The notes under the pieces: model-generated | Databases searched by the model: none | Told to the model about the DNA's origin: nothing | What the model saw: the letters and a program-made list of their open reading frames with translations, nothing else | Program-made: the position numbers and the translations under genes | DNA from: Alphaproteobacteria bacterium | Lineage (GTDB): Bacteria; Pseudomonadota; Alphaproteobacteria; Holosporales; Holosporaceae | DNA: 64,000 nt | Assembly: GCA_016870135.1 (NCBI GenBank) | Contig: VGCF01000001.1 | Coordinates: 9,033-73,032, forward strand | Direction: 5' to 3' | Shown here: one piece after another, positions 34,909-44,987 of the stretch | How positions within the stretch are numbered: the first letter of the stretch is position 1 | Layout: every line of letters starts with the position of its first letter

Positions 34909-37578
34909 CTATTTTGATCGGGTGGGTAACAACACAATGCCACCTGCAAGTTTAACGCGAACAGGAGAGTCTTTTTCCTGGAAACGGTTGGTTTTTTCTT
35001 TGACTCTGGGTGGTCGAACTGGGGATAAACGAGGAGACGGATTGTCCTTTGCAAGGGGTACGGATGATGATGGCGCTGAGGAATCTTTTGGTAAAACAGT
35101 CTTGCGTTTTAGCCGTTTTTTCTGATGCTCGTTTGATGGATTGCTTTGGGTTACGTCCGCTTCTTTCGACGATGCTTCACCTGTGTTAACCACAGGGGGC
35201 ATGGTCGCAAGGATCGGTTCAGCAGTCACACCGTTGCTGTGAATTAGCGCGCTGGATGCCGTCGGGGTTGGTCGATCTTTTTTAGCATTTTGTCGTTTGC
35301 GATGGTTAAGAACCTTTTGAGGACTTTCTTGAGGTTTTACACCCTCTGTTTGGGGTATTTTTTGCTCTGCTGTGTGTTGAGTTTCACTCTTTTCAGCCTC
35401 TTGGGGCATGGCGTTTGTGTCAGAACGTGATGGTTGATCGGTCTGTTTCTTGCCCTTTCTTCTTGGTTTGACTTGTGGTTTTTCCGTCGCAATATTTGAT
35501 GCAGATGAGGTGTCTTTTATGGCCGATACAGCAAAGCTCAGGCTTTCTGTCGCTGCGGGGATTGTTGGGGACTCTGGTTCTGCAGGTGCATCGGCATCTA
35601 TGCCTATGGGGTTGGTCAGTAAAAATGGACCATCATCAATGGCCGTGGCCTGGATTTTTGCCTGACGTCGTTTGCGTAATTTTGCCCATCGAGATTCTTT
35701 AACCGGTGAAGCGGATGACAGAGGTAAACCCTCTGGGCTTAATGCTTGGGTCAAGGGAATAGGGATAATGGAGGCTGTTACAGATGATGCTGGGGGGGTA
35801 TCCAGGGGGACAGCGTTATGATGGGTGTCGCTGGGGGTTGCGTTTGCGCAAGTGTTGGGACTGGTCAAGTCTGCTGTATGGCTTTCAGCGGAAATGTCAC
35901 TGTTTTTTCCAGATCTCGAACGATTTCGACGGCGTTTTTTTGGTCCACCAACCGTGGCCGTGGATTTAATCTCGGTCAGCAGAGAGGGATTTGTAATGGT
36001 CAGGGCTCCGGAATCGCATGCAGGATCCACAGAAATCATGATGCTTGTTCCATATTTTTTCTCTATTTCCCATAAAAACTCACGGTGCATGTTCAGCAAG
36101 CACAATACCAAATCGGCCGATCCCGATGCGTCAATGGTTTTGGAATGTTGGGTTGCTGCCATGTGTTCTATGGCGCGTAAAGCCCGCATAGATTGCATGG
36201 GTAATGACAATAGGCGTCCTGCCCCATGACAGGTAGTGCACAAATAGGTGTTGCTTTCCATTAAACTCTGGCGCAGTCTTTGGCGCGACATTTCCAGTAA
36301 ACCAAATTCACTGATTTTTCCAACTTTTAATCGTGCCCGATCCGTGGCCAAGGCATCCTTTAATGCTTTTTCTATAACAGGGCGTTTGTTGGGGTGTAAA
36401 TCGATAAAATCGATCACGATTAATCCTGATAAATCCCGTAACTTTAAATTCCTAGCAATGGCGATGCAGGCCTCTAGGTTGGTTTTCAGAGCCGTATCCT
36501 CGATATTTCTTTCTTGGGTTGATTTGGATGAATTGACATCAATGGATACGAGAGCCTCGGTCTGATTCAACACGATGGATCCCCCAGAGGGCAATAACAC
36601 CGTGTGGTTGTATATGGCTTCGATCTGAGATTCAATGTTAAATTTTTCAAACAAAGAGCCCGTTTCGCTGTGCAATTGTATTTTTTTGGCGTAACTGGGA
36701 AAAACCGCCCGAATATAAGATCGCGCCCGTTTAAAGGCTTCTTCTCCTTGTATGACAACGTGTTGTACATCGCTCGTATAGAAATCCCTCAGGGCACGAA
36801 TCAACAAGTCTTGCTCTGCATACACCAAACCAATGGTATTGACAGGGTGGGCAGAGATTGCCGTCCATGTTTTCATCAAGAATTCATAATCTCTTTTGAT
36901 TTCACTCTTTTTTCGGCCAATGGCGGCAGAACGTAAAATAAAACTCATGCCTTCGGGCACGTTTAATGTACCCAAAATGCCTTTCAGAGCATCGCGTTCT
37001 GTGGAATCCGTAATTTTTTTAGAAACACCACTGGCTTTTGGTGTATTGGGCAGAAAAAATCCGTAACGGCCAGGCAGTGAGATATAGGTGGTCAGCGCCG
37101 CGCCCTTGCTGCCTCTCTCGTCCTTGATCACTTGGACCATAATCAGTTGTTGGCGCTTGATAAAATCGTGTACTTTGCCGTGTACACCCATGGGGCGGGC
37201 AGGGCGCTCGTCATCGTCGTTGACGCTGAATTCTGTGACGGGGTCCAGAGTAATGGATGGGGTGATGGGGGGGGCCAAAGTAATCGAGGATTCGTTGGGT
37301 TCTGGCTCTGCTGGCTTGGCTGGGGTGGATCGTGCAGGGGGGGAATCGGGGCCAACAATTTCAGAAAAAGCCAAAAACCCGTGCTTTTCAAACCCAAAAT
37401 CTACAAAGGCTGCCTGCAAAGAGTGCTCTATACGCATAATGCGGCCAATGTACACATTCCCTTTTTTTAACTTTTTTGTGGACAGCTCATCATCAAAATC
37501 TTCTAGAACCATATCTTTGACAATGGCCAAACGGGTTTCATTCAAGCGTTGATCAATGAGCAGAAATTTTCCCAGCAT
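34909..37578 (-). CDS. rne: ribonuclease E
   Basis: The N-terminal catalytic half matches RNase E/G (MLGKFLLIDQRLNETRLAIV ... GNVYIGRIMRIEHSLQAAFVDFG ... GLIVIDFIDL ... CTTCHGAGR). The C-terminal half is a long Pro/Ser/Lys-rich scaffold. Start placed at MLGKF (37578), not the track start at 37698. Confidence 0.92.
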   Translation of the reverse strand: MLGKFLLIDQRLNETRLAIVKDMVLEDFDDELSTKKLKKGNVYIGRIMRIEHSLQAAFVDFGFEKHGFLAFSEIVGPDSPPARSTPAKPAEPEPNESSITLAPPITPSITLDPVTEFSVNDDDERPARPMGVHGKVHDFIKRQQLIMVQVIKDERGSKGAALTTYISLPGRYGFFLPNTPKASGVSKKITDSTERDALKGILGTLNVPEGMSFILRSAAIGRKKSEIKRDYEFLMKTWTAISAHPVNTIGLVYAEQDLLIRALRDFYTSDVQHVVIQGEEAFKRARSYIRAVFPSYAKKIQLHSETGSLFEKFNIESQIEAIYNHTVLLPSGGSIVLNQTEALVSIDVNSSKSTQERNIEDTALKTNLEACIAIARNLKLRDLSGLIVIDFIDLHPNKRPVIEKALKDALATDRARLKVGKISEFGLLEMSRQRLRQSLMESNTYLCTTCHGAGRLLSLPMQSMRALRAIEHMAATQHSKTIDASGSADLVLCLLNMHREFLWEIEKKYGTSIMISVDPACDSGALTITNPSLLTEIKSTATVGGPKKRRRNRSRSGKNSDISAESHTADLTSPNTCANATPSDTHHNAVPLDTPPASSVTASIIPIPLTQALSPEGLPLSSASPVKESRWAKLRKRRQAKIQATAIDDGPFLLTNPIGIDADAPAEPESPTIPAATESLSFAVSAIKDTSSASNIATEKPQVKPRRKGKKQTDQPSRSDTNAMPQEAEKSETQHTAEQKIPQTEGVKPQESPQKVLNHRKRQNAKKDRPTPTASSALIHSNGVTAEPILATMPPVVNTGEASSKEADVTQSNPSNEHQKKRLKRKTVLPKDSSAPSSSVPLAKDNPSPRLSPVRPPRVKEKTNRFQEKDSPVRVKLAGGIVLLPTRSK

Positions 37579-37883
37579 AGTTCTACCTTTTCCTTGTTCC
37601 AGGGGGTGGCCAAACGATGCATTTTTCAAGCAAAAACAATGTCTCTTTTTCGCAAAAAGGATTGCTTTTCGCCAAAAAAGATAGAGAAACCAAACCAAAA
37701 CTGTAAAAATTTAGATGGTGTGGTTGTTGCGATAAATGCCCATATGGACTTTTAATATGATCTGATTATAACGGGGTGTGGCCTGATGTGCAATATTGTC
37801 GTAAAATGAGAGCCCTATGGTCTACCCATGGGGACAATAGCATGGTATAAATAATCATATTTTGTTCTAAAAATCACAAATTC

Positions 37884-38249
37884 ATGGAATGCTTATTAGA
37901 TTTTAACAGTCGAGAAATTGAGCGATTGACCACAGGGAAAAAACCAATCCCTGTATTTGGCCCTGGTGACAATTTAACCATTTATGTTCGTATTTTGGAT
38001 GGTAAAAGAGAGCGCATTCAAAGATTCGAAGGTTTATGCATTGCCCGACGTAATGCCGGATTGCATTCATCCTTTACCGTACGTCGTGTCACAGGGGGTT
38101 TTGGGCTAGAGCGTGTATTTCCTCTGTACAGCCCCGTCATTGATCATATTGAATGCACACGGCGCGGAAAGGTTCGCAGAAATAAATTGTATTATGTCAG
38201 AACACTCAGCCGTAAAAAGTCCAGAATCAAAGAGCGGGTTTCACGCTAG
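37884..38249 (+). CDS. rplS: 50S ribosomal protein L19
   Basis: 121 aa. FGPGDNLTIYVRILDGKRERIQRFEGLCIARRNAGLHSSFTVRRV ... ERVFPLYSPVIDHIE ... GKVRRNKLYYVR matches L19. Confidence 0.95.
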   Translation: MECLLDFNSREIERLTTGKKPIPVFGPGDNLTIYVRILDGKRERIQRFEGLCIARRNAGLHSSFTVRRVTGGFGLERVFPLYSPVIDHIECTRRGKVRRNKLYYVRTLSRKKSRIKERVSR

Positions 38250-38278
38250 GGCCTTTTTTCAAACCGGAGGCAATCATC

Positions 38279-39646
38279 ATGGCAAACTGTACAAACAACA
38301 GGTTTTTAAAGTCTATGGGGCGGTACGGTTTTGCACCAAAACCCATTGTTTTTTTCGCTCTGGTCATGTCTATTGTTTCCGTTAATGGGGACGAAGCCCA
38401 AGAGGGTGATGCTGGACACAGCGCAACCAAGAGCCGCCCTCAACCATCGGGCAAGCGTCCTCATTCAAAATCTAGGCTCACCAAAAAATCGTCGGGCAAG
38501 GGTGAGGGATCAGACCGTAAAGATAAAAAAGAGGGACAAACAGCTGGCAATAGGGTGAACAACCCTAAACCCCCTAAAACAAGAGGGGCAGATTCTGGTC
38601 AGGGATCAGAGGAAAAAGGGGGTAGGGGGGGAGAGTCTAAAAAACCAGGTTCTGAAAAAAGCAATGCGGCCATGGCGGTTGGTACAACCACTCTAGAAAC
38701 AGTGAGTGACAAAGCCGTTGTGGAGTCCTCTCCATCATCATCTGAGCCAGCATCACCCCATGGGTTTTCATTCGGTGCAGGATCCGGTGCGGGCGCCCAA
38801 GGATACATTGAATGCGTCAGTGGCATCATCGCTCTGACTATGTCCAATCAAGAAGCCAGTATGGGTGTCATTTCTGAAATTCCTGTTTCAGAGGGGCAAA
38901 GTGTTCGAAAAGGCGATATCCTTTTGGTTTCCAGTCATTACTCTATTCGAGAAAAGCAAAAAACTGTGGCTGAACTGGAATATCATTTGGCCAAAACAGA
39001 TCTGGAGATTGCAAAAAACAAGTCCCAAAAGTGTAAAGAAAAACTGGGGCGCCATGAAAAAATGCTTTTCAGTAAGGCTGTTTCTCGTCAAGAATTTGAA
39101 AATATTCAAAAAGAGTCTGCAGAGGCCGATTTGGTTGTAGAAAAACAGAAAATCTCACTTCAAATTGCTGCGCAAAAAGTAGAATTATGTAAAGATTTGT
39201 TGGAACAATGTCACATTCGAGCACCGATGGATGGCGTGATTCTGGCCATCAATGGCAAGGTGGGGGAACAAAGCAGGCCCCATGAAGGTCTGTTAATTAT
39301 GGCTGATTTGACTCGGTTGGAAATTGTGAGCGAAGTGCACGAAAATGATATTTCTAGAATCTTTATTGGTCAAAGAGCGGAAATTTCTTTTCCAAACAAA
39401 ATGCCTCCGATTACAGGCTATGTCAAATATATTTCCAGCATTGTGCGATCAAATACGTTACAAGAGGCCGATCCTAAAAAAAACCAGGACCTACGGGTTA
39501 TAGAGGTGCGCATATCCCTTACGGATGAAGATTCCCTGAACATAAAAAATTTTTTGCGTATGCATACCGATGTTCGATTTTTTGGTCCAGACGACGATCA
39601 AGTCAGTCGATCTATAACGGCCGTTAACCAGGCTCGTGCCGTATAA
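38279..39646 (+). CDS. HlyD/DevB-type membrane fusion protein (periplasmic adaptor) with low-complexity N-terminal region
   Basis: GGAGG lies 8 nt upstream. N-terminal TM, then a ~130-aa Lys/Gly/Ser-rich tract. Next a lipoyl-like hairpin (VSEGQSVRKGDILL), a long coiled coil, then IRAPMDGVILAI ... VHENDISRIFIGQRAEISF ... ADPKKNQDLRVIEVRISL, as in DevB-family adaptors. Confidence 0.75.
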   Translation: MANCTNNRFLKSMGRYGFAPKPIVFFALVMSIVSVNGDEAQEGDAGHSATKSRPQPSGKRPHSKSRLTKKSSGKGEGSDRKDKKEGQTAGNRVNNPKPPKTRGADSGQGSEEKGGRGGESKKPGSEKSNAAMAVGTTTLETVSDKAVVESSPSSSEPASPHGFSFGAGSGAGAQGYIECVSGIIALTMSNQEASMGVISEIPVSEGQSVRKGDILLVSSHYSIREKQKTVAELEYHLAKTDLEIAKNKSQKCKEKLGRHEKMLFSKAVSRQEFENIQKESAEADLVVEKQKISLQIAAQKVELCKDLLEQCHIRAPMDGVILAINGKVGEQSRPHEGLLIMADLTRLEIVSEVHENDISRIFIGQRAEISFPNKMPPITGYVKYISSIVRSNTLQEADPKKNQDLRVIEVRISLTDEDSLNIKNFLRMHTDVRFFGPDDDQVSRSITAVNQARAV

Positions 39647-39683
39647 GGTGTGATCAAGAGGACCGTGCGTTTGGCCATTCATA

Positions 39684-40778
39684 ATGGGGGATATCCCCCA
39701 GAATCCCCCCTGGAAAACGCGCGTCGGTTTCGTTGACAGGGGTTTTTTACACATTTTATTTTATGAACTTGTTTTAATTGAGATATTATTAATGTTCTGT
39801 TTTGACAATCATTTGGTCATTGCTTGTTTTGTAATTCTTGCTGCAGTAAATACAGCCTCTGTTTTTTACCCCAGATTGTGGGCTAAAAATACGTTGGTAC
39901 GAGGTGGTTGGGTGTCAGACCGTTATATTGTGTGCAATCTGGTGTGCTGGTTGGGGGTGTGCTCTGGCCTGATGAATGGGTATGGAGCCATGATTTTGGG
40001 TCTATTTGTTGGGTGTTGTGCGGTTTTTTACGGGTCAAAGACCTTTAGGCGTGGATTTTTACACCATAACACGGTCAAAAACAGGGGTATATCCTTTCTG
40101 ACAGCCGTGGCTTTTTTCTGTATAGTGACCATTTTTTTCGGCGTTTTACATCATCAATTGCCAGGATTTTTCAATGTTTGTGCGTTGTCATATTACAAAG
40201 TTTCAGAACATTTTGTGCCTTATACGATGTGGTTTAATTTTGATCGCACGTTATTAGCCATGGTGCTGTGTATGTATGGGGTGCTTCGTACACAACACGC
40301 TGAATCTTTTCACAGAAACCCAGCCACTGTGGTATGGATTCTTGCAAGCTTTGCAGCCACTATAACGGGGGTGGCGTTGTGTGCTCTCAGAATTGGGTAC
40401 ATCGAATGGGATATCAAGTGGCCAAGCATTCAGGTTTTATGGTCCATAAATAATATCTTTTTTGTTTGTTTGGTTGAAGAAATTTGGTTCCGTGGGTTTT
40501 TGCAAGGTCAAATAAAGCAGGGTTTTACGCGTGTGCTCAGCCCAAACGTCATGGGTTGCAGGCCTCATATTCTGGCTGCAGCTGTGATTTTTGGCATAGA
40601 TCACGCCATCAAAGGTGGCCCGGTTTATGGGGCCTTGGCCGTTCTGGTCGGTTTGTTTTACGGGATTGTTTACGATCAAACAGGGCGTATCCAGTATGCT
40701 TGGGCCGATCACTTTTTGTTTAATCTGTTGCACCTGATCTTGTTTACCTATCCCGCATCCACAGGTATTTTATCATGA
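39684..40778 (+). CDS. CPBP family intramembrane glutamic endopeptidase (CAAX protease/Abi-like)
   Basis: 364 aa, polytopic. Motif 1 is EEIWFRGFLQ, motif 2 is FGIDHAIKG, motif 3 is HFLFNLLH. The start codon is uncertain. The stop overlaps the rnhB start (ATGA). Confidence 0.8.
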   Translation: MGDIPQNPPWKTRVGFVDRGFLHILFYELVLIEILLMFCFDNHLVIACFVILAAVNTASVFYPRLWAKNTLVRGGWVSDRYIVCNLVCWLGVCSGLMNGYGAMILGLFVGCCAVFYGSKTFRRGFLHHNTVKNRGISFLTAVAFFCIVTIFFGVLHHQLPGFFNVCALSYYKVSEHFVPYTMWFNFDRTLLAMVLCMYGVLRTQHAESFHRNPATVVWILASFAATITGVALCALRIGYIEWDIKWPSIQVLWSINNIFFVCLVEEIWFRGFLQGQIKQGFTRVLSPNVMGCRPHILAAAVIFGIDHAIKGGPVYGALAVLVGLFYGIVYDQTGRIQYAWADHFLFNLLHLILFTYPASTGILS

Positions 40779-41515
40779 TAATGGCCAACAACACATTATT
40801 GCATTTTCATCATGAAGACAGCTTGGTCAGGTCTATTGACGGCGTGAACCCATATATTGTGGGGGTGGATGAGGTTGGGTATGGTGCGTGGGCTGGATCA
40901 ATTGTGGTGGCAGCCGTTTGGATTAACCGCCAGATGATATCGGATGATTTCTTAAAAGAACTGAATGATTCCAAAAAATTAAGCCCTAAAAAGCGCAACG
41001 ATCTATGTCAGTCGTTTATTGAGCATCCCCTGTGGGGATCATATGCCCTTGCCCATGTTCCTGTAAGAGATATAATCCAAGGATTGGTGTTAAAACATAC
41101 GCTGCAAGCCATGGTTCAGGCGGTTTACTGTCTGGATGGTTATTTATCTGCGGCATTGCCCAGGCCGTTGGGGCTGGATGCTGGATCTTGGTCTGAAAGA
41201 GAGAAGGGCGCTTCTGCTTATTTTTTAAATACCATTACAGGGGTGGTTGTGGATGGTCAGCACAGCTTGCCTGTACACTGGGCGCAAAAATCATGTCCTG
41301 GTGCCGATGGTCAAAGCTATAGCGTGGCATTGGCGTCCATTGTGGCAAAAGTGGCAAGAGACGATAACATGAGAATATTGCACGAGGAAAACCCTCAGTA
41401 TTCTTGGGATAAAAATAAAGGATACGGTACGCAAGCTCATCAACAATGTATATCCCAGTATGGGTTATCCCAACATCATAGACCATTTTATTGTAAGCGT
41501 GCCATGGGGGAGTAG
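40775..41515 (+). CDS. rnhB: ribonuclease HII
   Basis: 246 aa. Contains GVDEVGYGAWAGSIVVAAV, DSKKLS, ASIVAKVARD and KGYGT..H motifs. Has an internal ~35-aa insertion relative to typical length. Confidence 0.9.
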   Translation: MIMANNTLLHFHHEDSLVRSIDGVNPYIVGVDEVGYGAWAGSIVVAAVWINRQMISDDFLKELNDSKKLSPKKRNDLCQSFIEHPLWGSYALAHVPVRDIIQGLVLKHTLQAMVQAVYCLDGYLSAALPRPLGLDAGSWSEREKGASAYFLNTITGVVVDGQHSLPVHWAQKSCPGADGQSYSVALASIVAKVARDDNMRILHEENPQYSWDKNKGYGTQAHQQCISQYGLSQHHRPFYCKRAMGE

Positions 41516-41706
41516 GTGACTCTGGCGCATTGGAACCAAAATTTGATATAAAGCTTAACGAATGAATCCATCATCATGTTTAATGGTTGTAAAGACAGGG
41601 GGTAGGTAACTGCCAAGGGGAATTTGTGTAGTCATAGAGCGTGAGGGGTGATGGCATAGTGGTATGGGGTGATGGCGTGGTTTCAATGGGCGTGAAGATA
41701 GAATAA
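41417..41706 (+). repeat. partner of the inverted repeat at 15310-15560 (rnhB 3' end plus 190 bp downstream)
   Basis: See the alignment under 15310-15560. This copy also has an internal duplication of GGGGTGATGGC(N10). Confidence 0.9.
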
Positions 41707-42268
41707 GACTTTTGAGTGATTTAGATTTTTTAGTGTTTCAAATCCATATCACGTTTTTGATTCGTGCAATTCGTGCGGATTTTAATGTAATACCAGCCAT
41801 TGTAATGCGTACCAGTTTGATACCCAGATCTATAAAGCGTTTAAGGTCGGAATTCAATCAGTCATACACAGCCAATCCATCGTCAGAAAACGAGTCGCTG
41901 TCGATATACACCACCAAATATTTTCCATAATATCAATTATGCGATCGACAGATGGCACCATGGGGGATAACTTACCTAAGGTTTTACTCTCGTTTTACCC
42001 GTGAGTTCCCTAAGGGTCGTCTCTGGGTTTATGGGTGTTGCGTCTTTGATCTTCAAAATCTTGGGTCATGGATTTTGTTTTGTCCTGTTTTATTCACAAA
42101 TGCCACTGATGCGCTTAGACAGATTGCGGATCGGGCGTGCCATCTGGATCGGTTGCTGATCTTATTTTTTGATCCGATTGTCTGACCTAGAACGATCCAG
42201 ACCCATCATACCTGTTGATATCAGACATTGCGCGATGATCTGGTCTGAACTGGATATCGCCTTTGTCT

Positions 42269-42439
42269 TTATACCGCATCTGTGAATAGGTTTTTAGTGG
42301 TTTCTGTGAATGGGTTTTTAGTGATTTTGTCCTGACATGCTTTACATGCTCCAGGAATCGAATTCACTGCGCCTATGTTTAAAACAGATAGTGTAAACAT
42401 AAAAATAACAAGCCCAGCAGTACTCATTTTTTTGAACAT
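42269..42439 (-). CDS. possible small secreted peptide (hypothetical)
   Basis: 56 aa: MFKKMSTAGLVIFMFTLSVLNIGAVNSIPGACKACQDKITKNPFTETTKNLFTDAV. Signal-peptide-like N-terminus, a CxxC pair, and an internal direct repeat (TKNPFTE/TKNLFTD). No convincing SD. Below the track size cutoff. Confidence 0.3.
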   Translation of the reverse strand: MFKKMSTAGLVIFMFTLSVLNIGAVNSIPGACKACQDKITKNPFTETTKNLFTDAV

Positions 42440-42619
42440 AAGTTTGTTTTCTAGCGTTTATTGTGGTATTATACTTGGAAAAGAGTTAATTTTTAATCAA
42501 AAAATTGTTTAATTTTATCTGTATTCCATTTTGCCGTGTGTCCCAGTATTGAATCAAGCGTGGACACCAGAGACCCACCAGATCAAAAATCTCTGGATCC
42601 AGCCGTACAGAATCAGATC

Positions 42620-44899
42620 ATGCCAGATATTCACACCGATTTACGCCCTGTTCACGTGGTTGTCCCGACACCGTTGTGGCAAGAGTTTACCTATCTTGCG
42701 CCTAAAACTCTTCCCATAGGGGCTGTGGTCTTGGTCTCGTTTGGTGCCCGATTGATGTGGGGGGTCCTTTGGAAAGAGGATCTCCCCTGCCCGCACACCC
42801 CGAAAAAACCCTTAAAAACCATTATTTCAGGTCTAGAGCTGTTTACCTTGCAGCCATTCACATTGTCACCATCCTTAATGCAATGGATGACGTCTATGGC
42901 ACGATACTTGGTTTGTCCATTGGGCCTGATTGTAAAAATGACTTTGCCACCGGCTATACAGTATGCAGAAATGGTTCTGTATACAAAAAATGCCCCTGCA
43001 GAAGATCATGCTGGGGCTGTTTTCCATCCTGGTGCCTCTGGTGGGGGTGTGGGGGGTATCGCAAGCCCTGCTCTACTAGAATCTGTGTTCCCGCAACCCA
43101 AGCAATCCTCTGCGCAATCATCGCCGCCATCCTTATCAGAATCACCGATGATTTATACAGGAACGGTGCGACAATGGGCCAGAACACTGGAACTGTCTTT
43201 GGCCAAGGTGCGATCATTGGTGCACAAAAAGGAATTCGTCCCATGTCACCCCCCCGCCCTGCCCCAAAAGATTATGCCCATAGGTTCATCCGAACCCTTG
43301 ACCCTGAACGCAGAGCAAACAGAGGCCCTGGGTCAAACCCAATCTGGATTAAGTCAATATCCTTGTGTGCTGTTAGAAGGCGTTACAGGATCAGGTAAAA
43401 CAGAGGTCCTATTGGCGTTAAGTCAATCTTTTTGGGATATGGGAAAACAAGTTTTGGTGCTGTTGCCCGAAATTATGCTCAGTTATCCTTGGTGCAATCG
43501 CGTTAAAAAGTATTTTGACATGCCGGTGACATTGTGGCATTCGGCCATGAGTCCGCGTATGCGTCAAGAAGGTTTTGAGAATATTGTAACAGGACAAACT
43601 CGCCTGATCATTGGTGCCCGTTCTGCTTTGGCCCTGCCCTATGCCAATTTAGGGCTGATTATTGTGGACGAAGAACACGAAATGTCGTATAAACAAAGCG
43701 ACTCCCTTTTGTATCATGGCCGTGATATGGCCGTTTTACGTGGCACCAGTGAAAAGATTCCTGTGGTATTGGCTTCGGCCACACCGTCTATGGAAAGCCG
43801 GATGAATGTGGTGCAAAATCGGTATGGCCATGTACGCTTGAACAATCGTTATGGTGGCGCCCAATTGCCCACATTTTCGTGTATTGATATGCGACCTCAT
43901 CCCCCAAAAGAGAATGCTTGGATCAGTCCATTGTTGCGAAAAACCATTCAAGAAACCTTGGACAAAGGCGAACAAACATTGCTCTTTTTAAACCGCAGAG
44001 GATATGCTTGTTTGTGGATGTGTTATCAATGCGGGTATCGTGCAGCGTGTCATCAATGCAGTGCCTGGATGACGGTTCATGAAAAACCAGAACAATTATT
44101 ATGCCATTATTGTGGGTATACCTTACCCATCCCGGATACCTGTCCAGGGTGTCATGATCAAAGTGGAATCTTATTGATGGGACCAGGAATAGAGCGCATT
44201 GTCAAAGAAGTATCCTCTGTTTTTCCAACAGCCCGAACGTGTTTACTCAGCAGCGATCATGTGGGGTCCACCACAGCCATGACTGATATTTTGGATCGCA
44301 TTGCTGGACAAGAGATTGATATTTTAATCGGCACACAACTGATTGCCAAGGGGTATCATTTCCCCCATTTAACATGCATTGGGATTGTGGATACGGATTT
44401 TGCACTGAATGATATGGATTTCAGAGCCAGTGAACGTTTATTTCAATTGTTGTATCAGGTTGCAGGCAGAGCAGGAAGAGCACATCGCGCCGGACACGTA
44501 TTCTTGCAAACCATGCAACCGGATTATCCGCTGTTTCAACACTTACGGCATTACAATTGGGATGAGTTTGTTCAGCAAGAACTGGATAAGCGACGTCTCT
44601 TGGATTGCCCACCCATGACGCGATTAACGGCCGTTATTGTGTCTCATGTAAAACAATGGGAGGTGGAAAAGATCGCTGCAGCGTTGAAAAAACTCTGCCC
44701 CCATCATCCTGATATTCATGTTTTTGGTCCAGCCCCAGCCCCATTAAACCCATTACGTGGCCGATACCGGTGGCGTTTTTTATTGAAAACGAGACCCAGA
44801 GCGCCCGTGTATGCCTTTTTAAAGCAATGGTTGCATACCACAGATTGGCCTCGTGGTGTGGGCATTGATATTGACAGGGATCCCTATTTCTTGTTATAG
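42620..44899 (+). CDS. priA: primosomal replication protein N' (PriA helicase)
   Basis: Walker A (LEGVTGSGKTEV), DEEH box (IVDEEHEMSYKQ), Cys-rich zinc region (CYQCGYRAACHQCSAWMTVH ... CHYCGY ... CPGC) and helicase C motifs. Start probably at the Met at 42620 (the track ORF starts at 42536). Confidence 0.92.
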   Translation: MPDIHTDLRPVHVVVPTPLWQEFTYLAPKTLPIGAVVLVSFGARLMWGVLWKEDLPCPHTPKKPLKTIISGLELFTLQPFTLSPSLMQWMTSMARYLVCPLGLIVKMTLPPAIQYAEMVLYTKNAPAEDHAGAVFHPGASGGGVGGIASPALLESVFPQPKQSSAQSSPPSLSESPMIYTGTVRQWARTLELSLAKVRSLVHKKEFVPCHPPALPQKIMPIGSSEPLTLNAEQTEALGQTQSGLSQYPCVLLEGVTGSGKTEVLLALSQSFWDMGKQVLVLLPEIMLSYPWCNRVKKYFDMPVTLWHSAMSPRMRQEGFENIVTGQTRLIIGARSALALPYANLGLIIVDEEHEMSYKQSDSLLYHGRDMAVLRGTSEKIPVVLASATPSMESRMNVVQNRYGHVRLNNRYGGAQLPTFSCIDMRPHPPKENAWISPLLRKTIQETLDKGEQTLLFLNRRGYACLWMCYQCGYRAACHQCSAWMTVHEKPEQLLCHYCGYTLPIPDTCPGCHDQSGILLMGPGIERIVKEVSSVFPTARTCLLSSDHVGSTTAMTDILDRIAGQEIDILIGTQLIAKGYHFPHLTCIGIVDTDFALNDMDFRASERLFQLLYQVAGRAGRAHRAGHVFLQTMQPDYPLFQHLRHYNWDEFVQQELDKRRLLDCPPMTRLTAVIVSHVKQWEVEKIAAALKKLCPHHPDIHVFGPAPAPLNPLRGRYRWRFLLKTRPRAPVYAFLKQWLHTTDWPRGVGIDIDRDPYFLL

Positions 44900-44987
44900 A
44901 CTCTATTGATTATGGGTTTCCACCCTCTATACGTAAGATGCAGCAGAATCAGAGAAAGTCATCCCATCTCTATCATCGCCTTCTCTA

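Noticed and set aside
37579-37698. Upstream extensions of track ORFs: rne to 37698, xseA to 61424, gatB to 47761, gatA to 49175, hrcA from 1686, priA from 42536, pntAB to 30321
   Set aside because: The extra N-terminal residues are non-conserved and Cys/Trp/Phe-rich, and they overlap upstream genes or promoters. Internal Mets reproduce the canonical protein N-termini.
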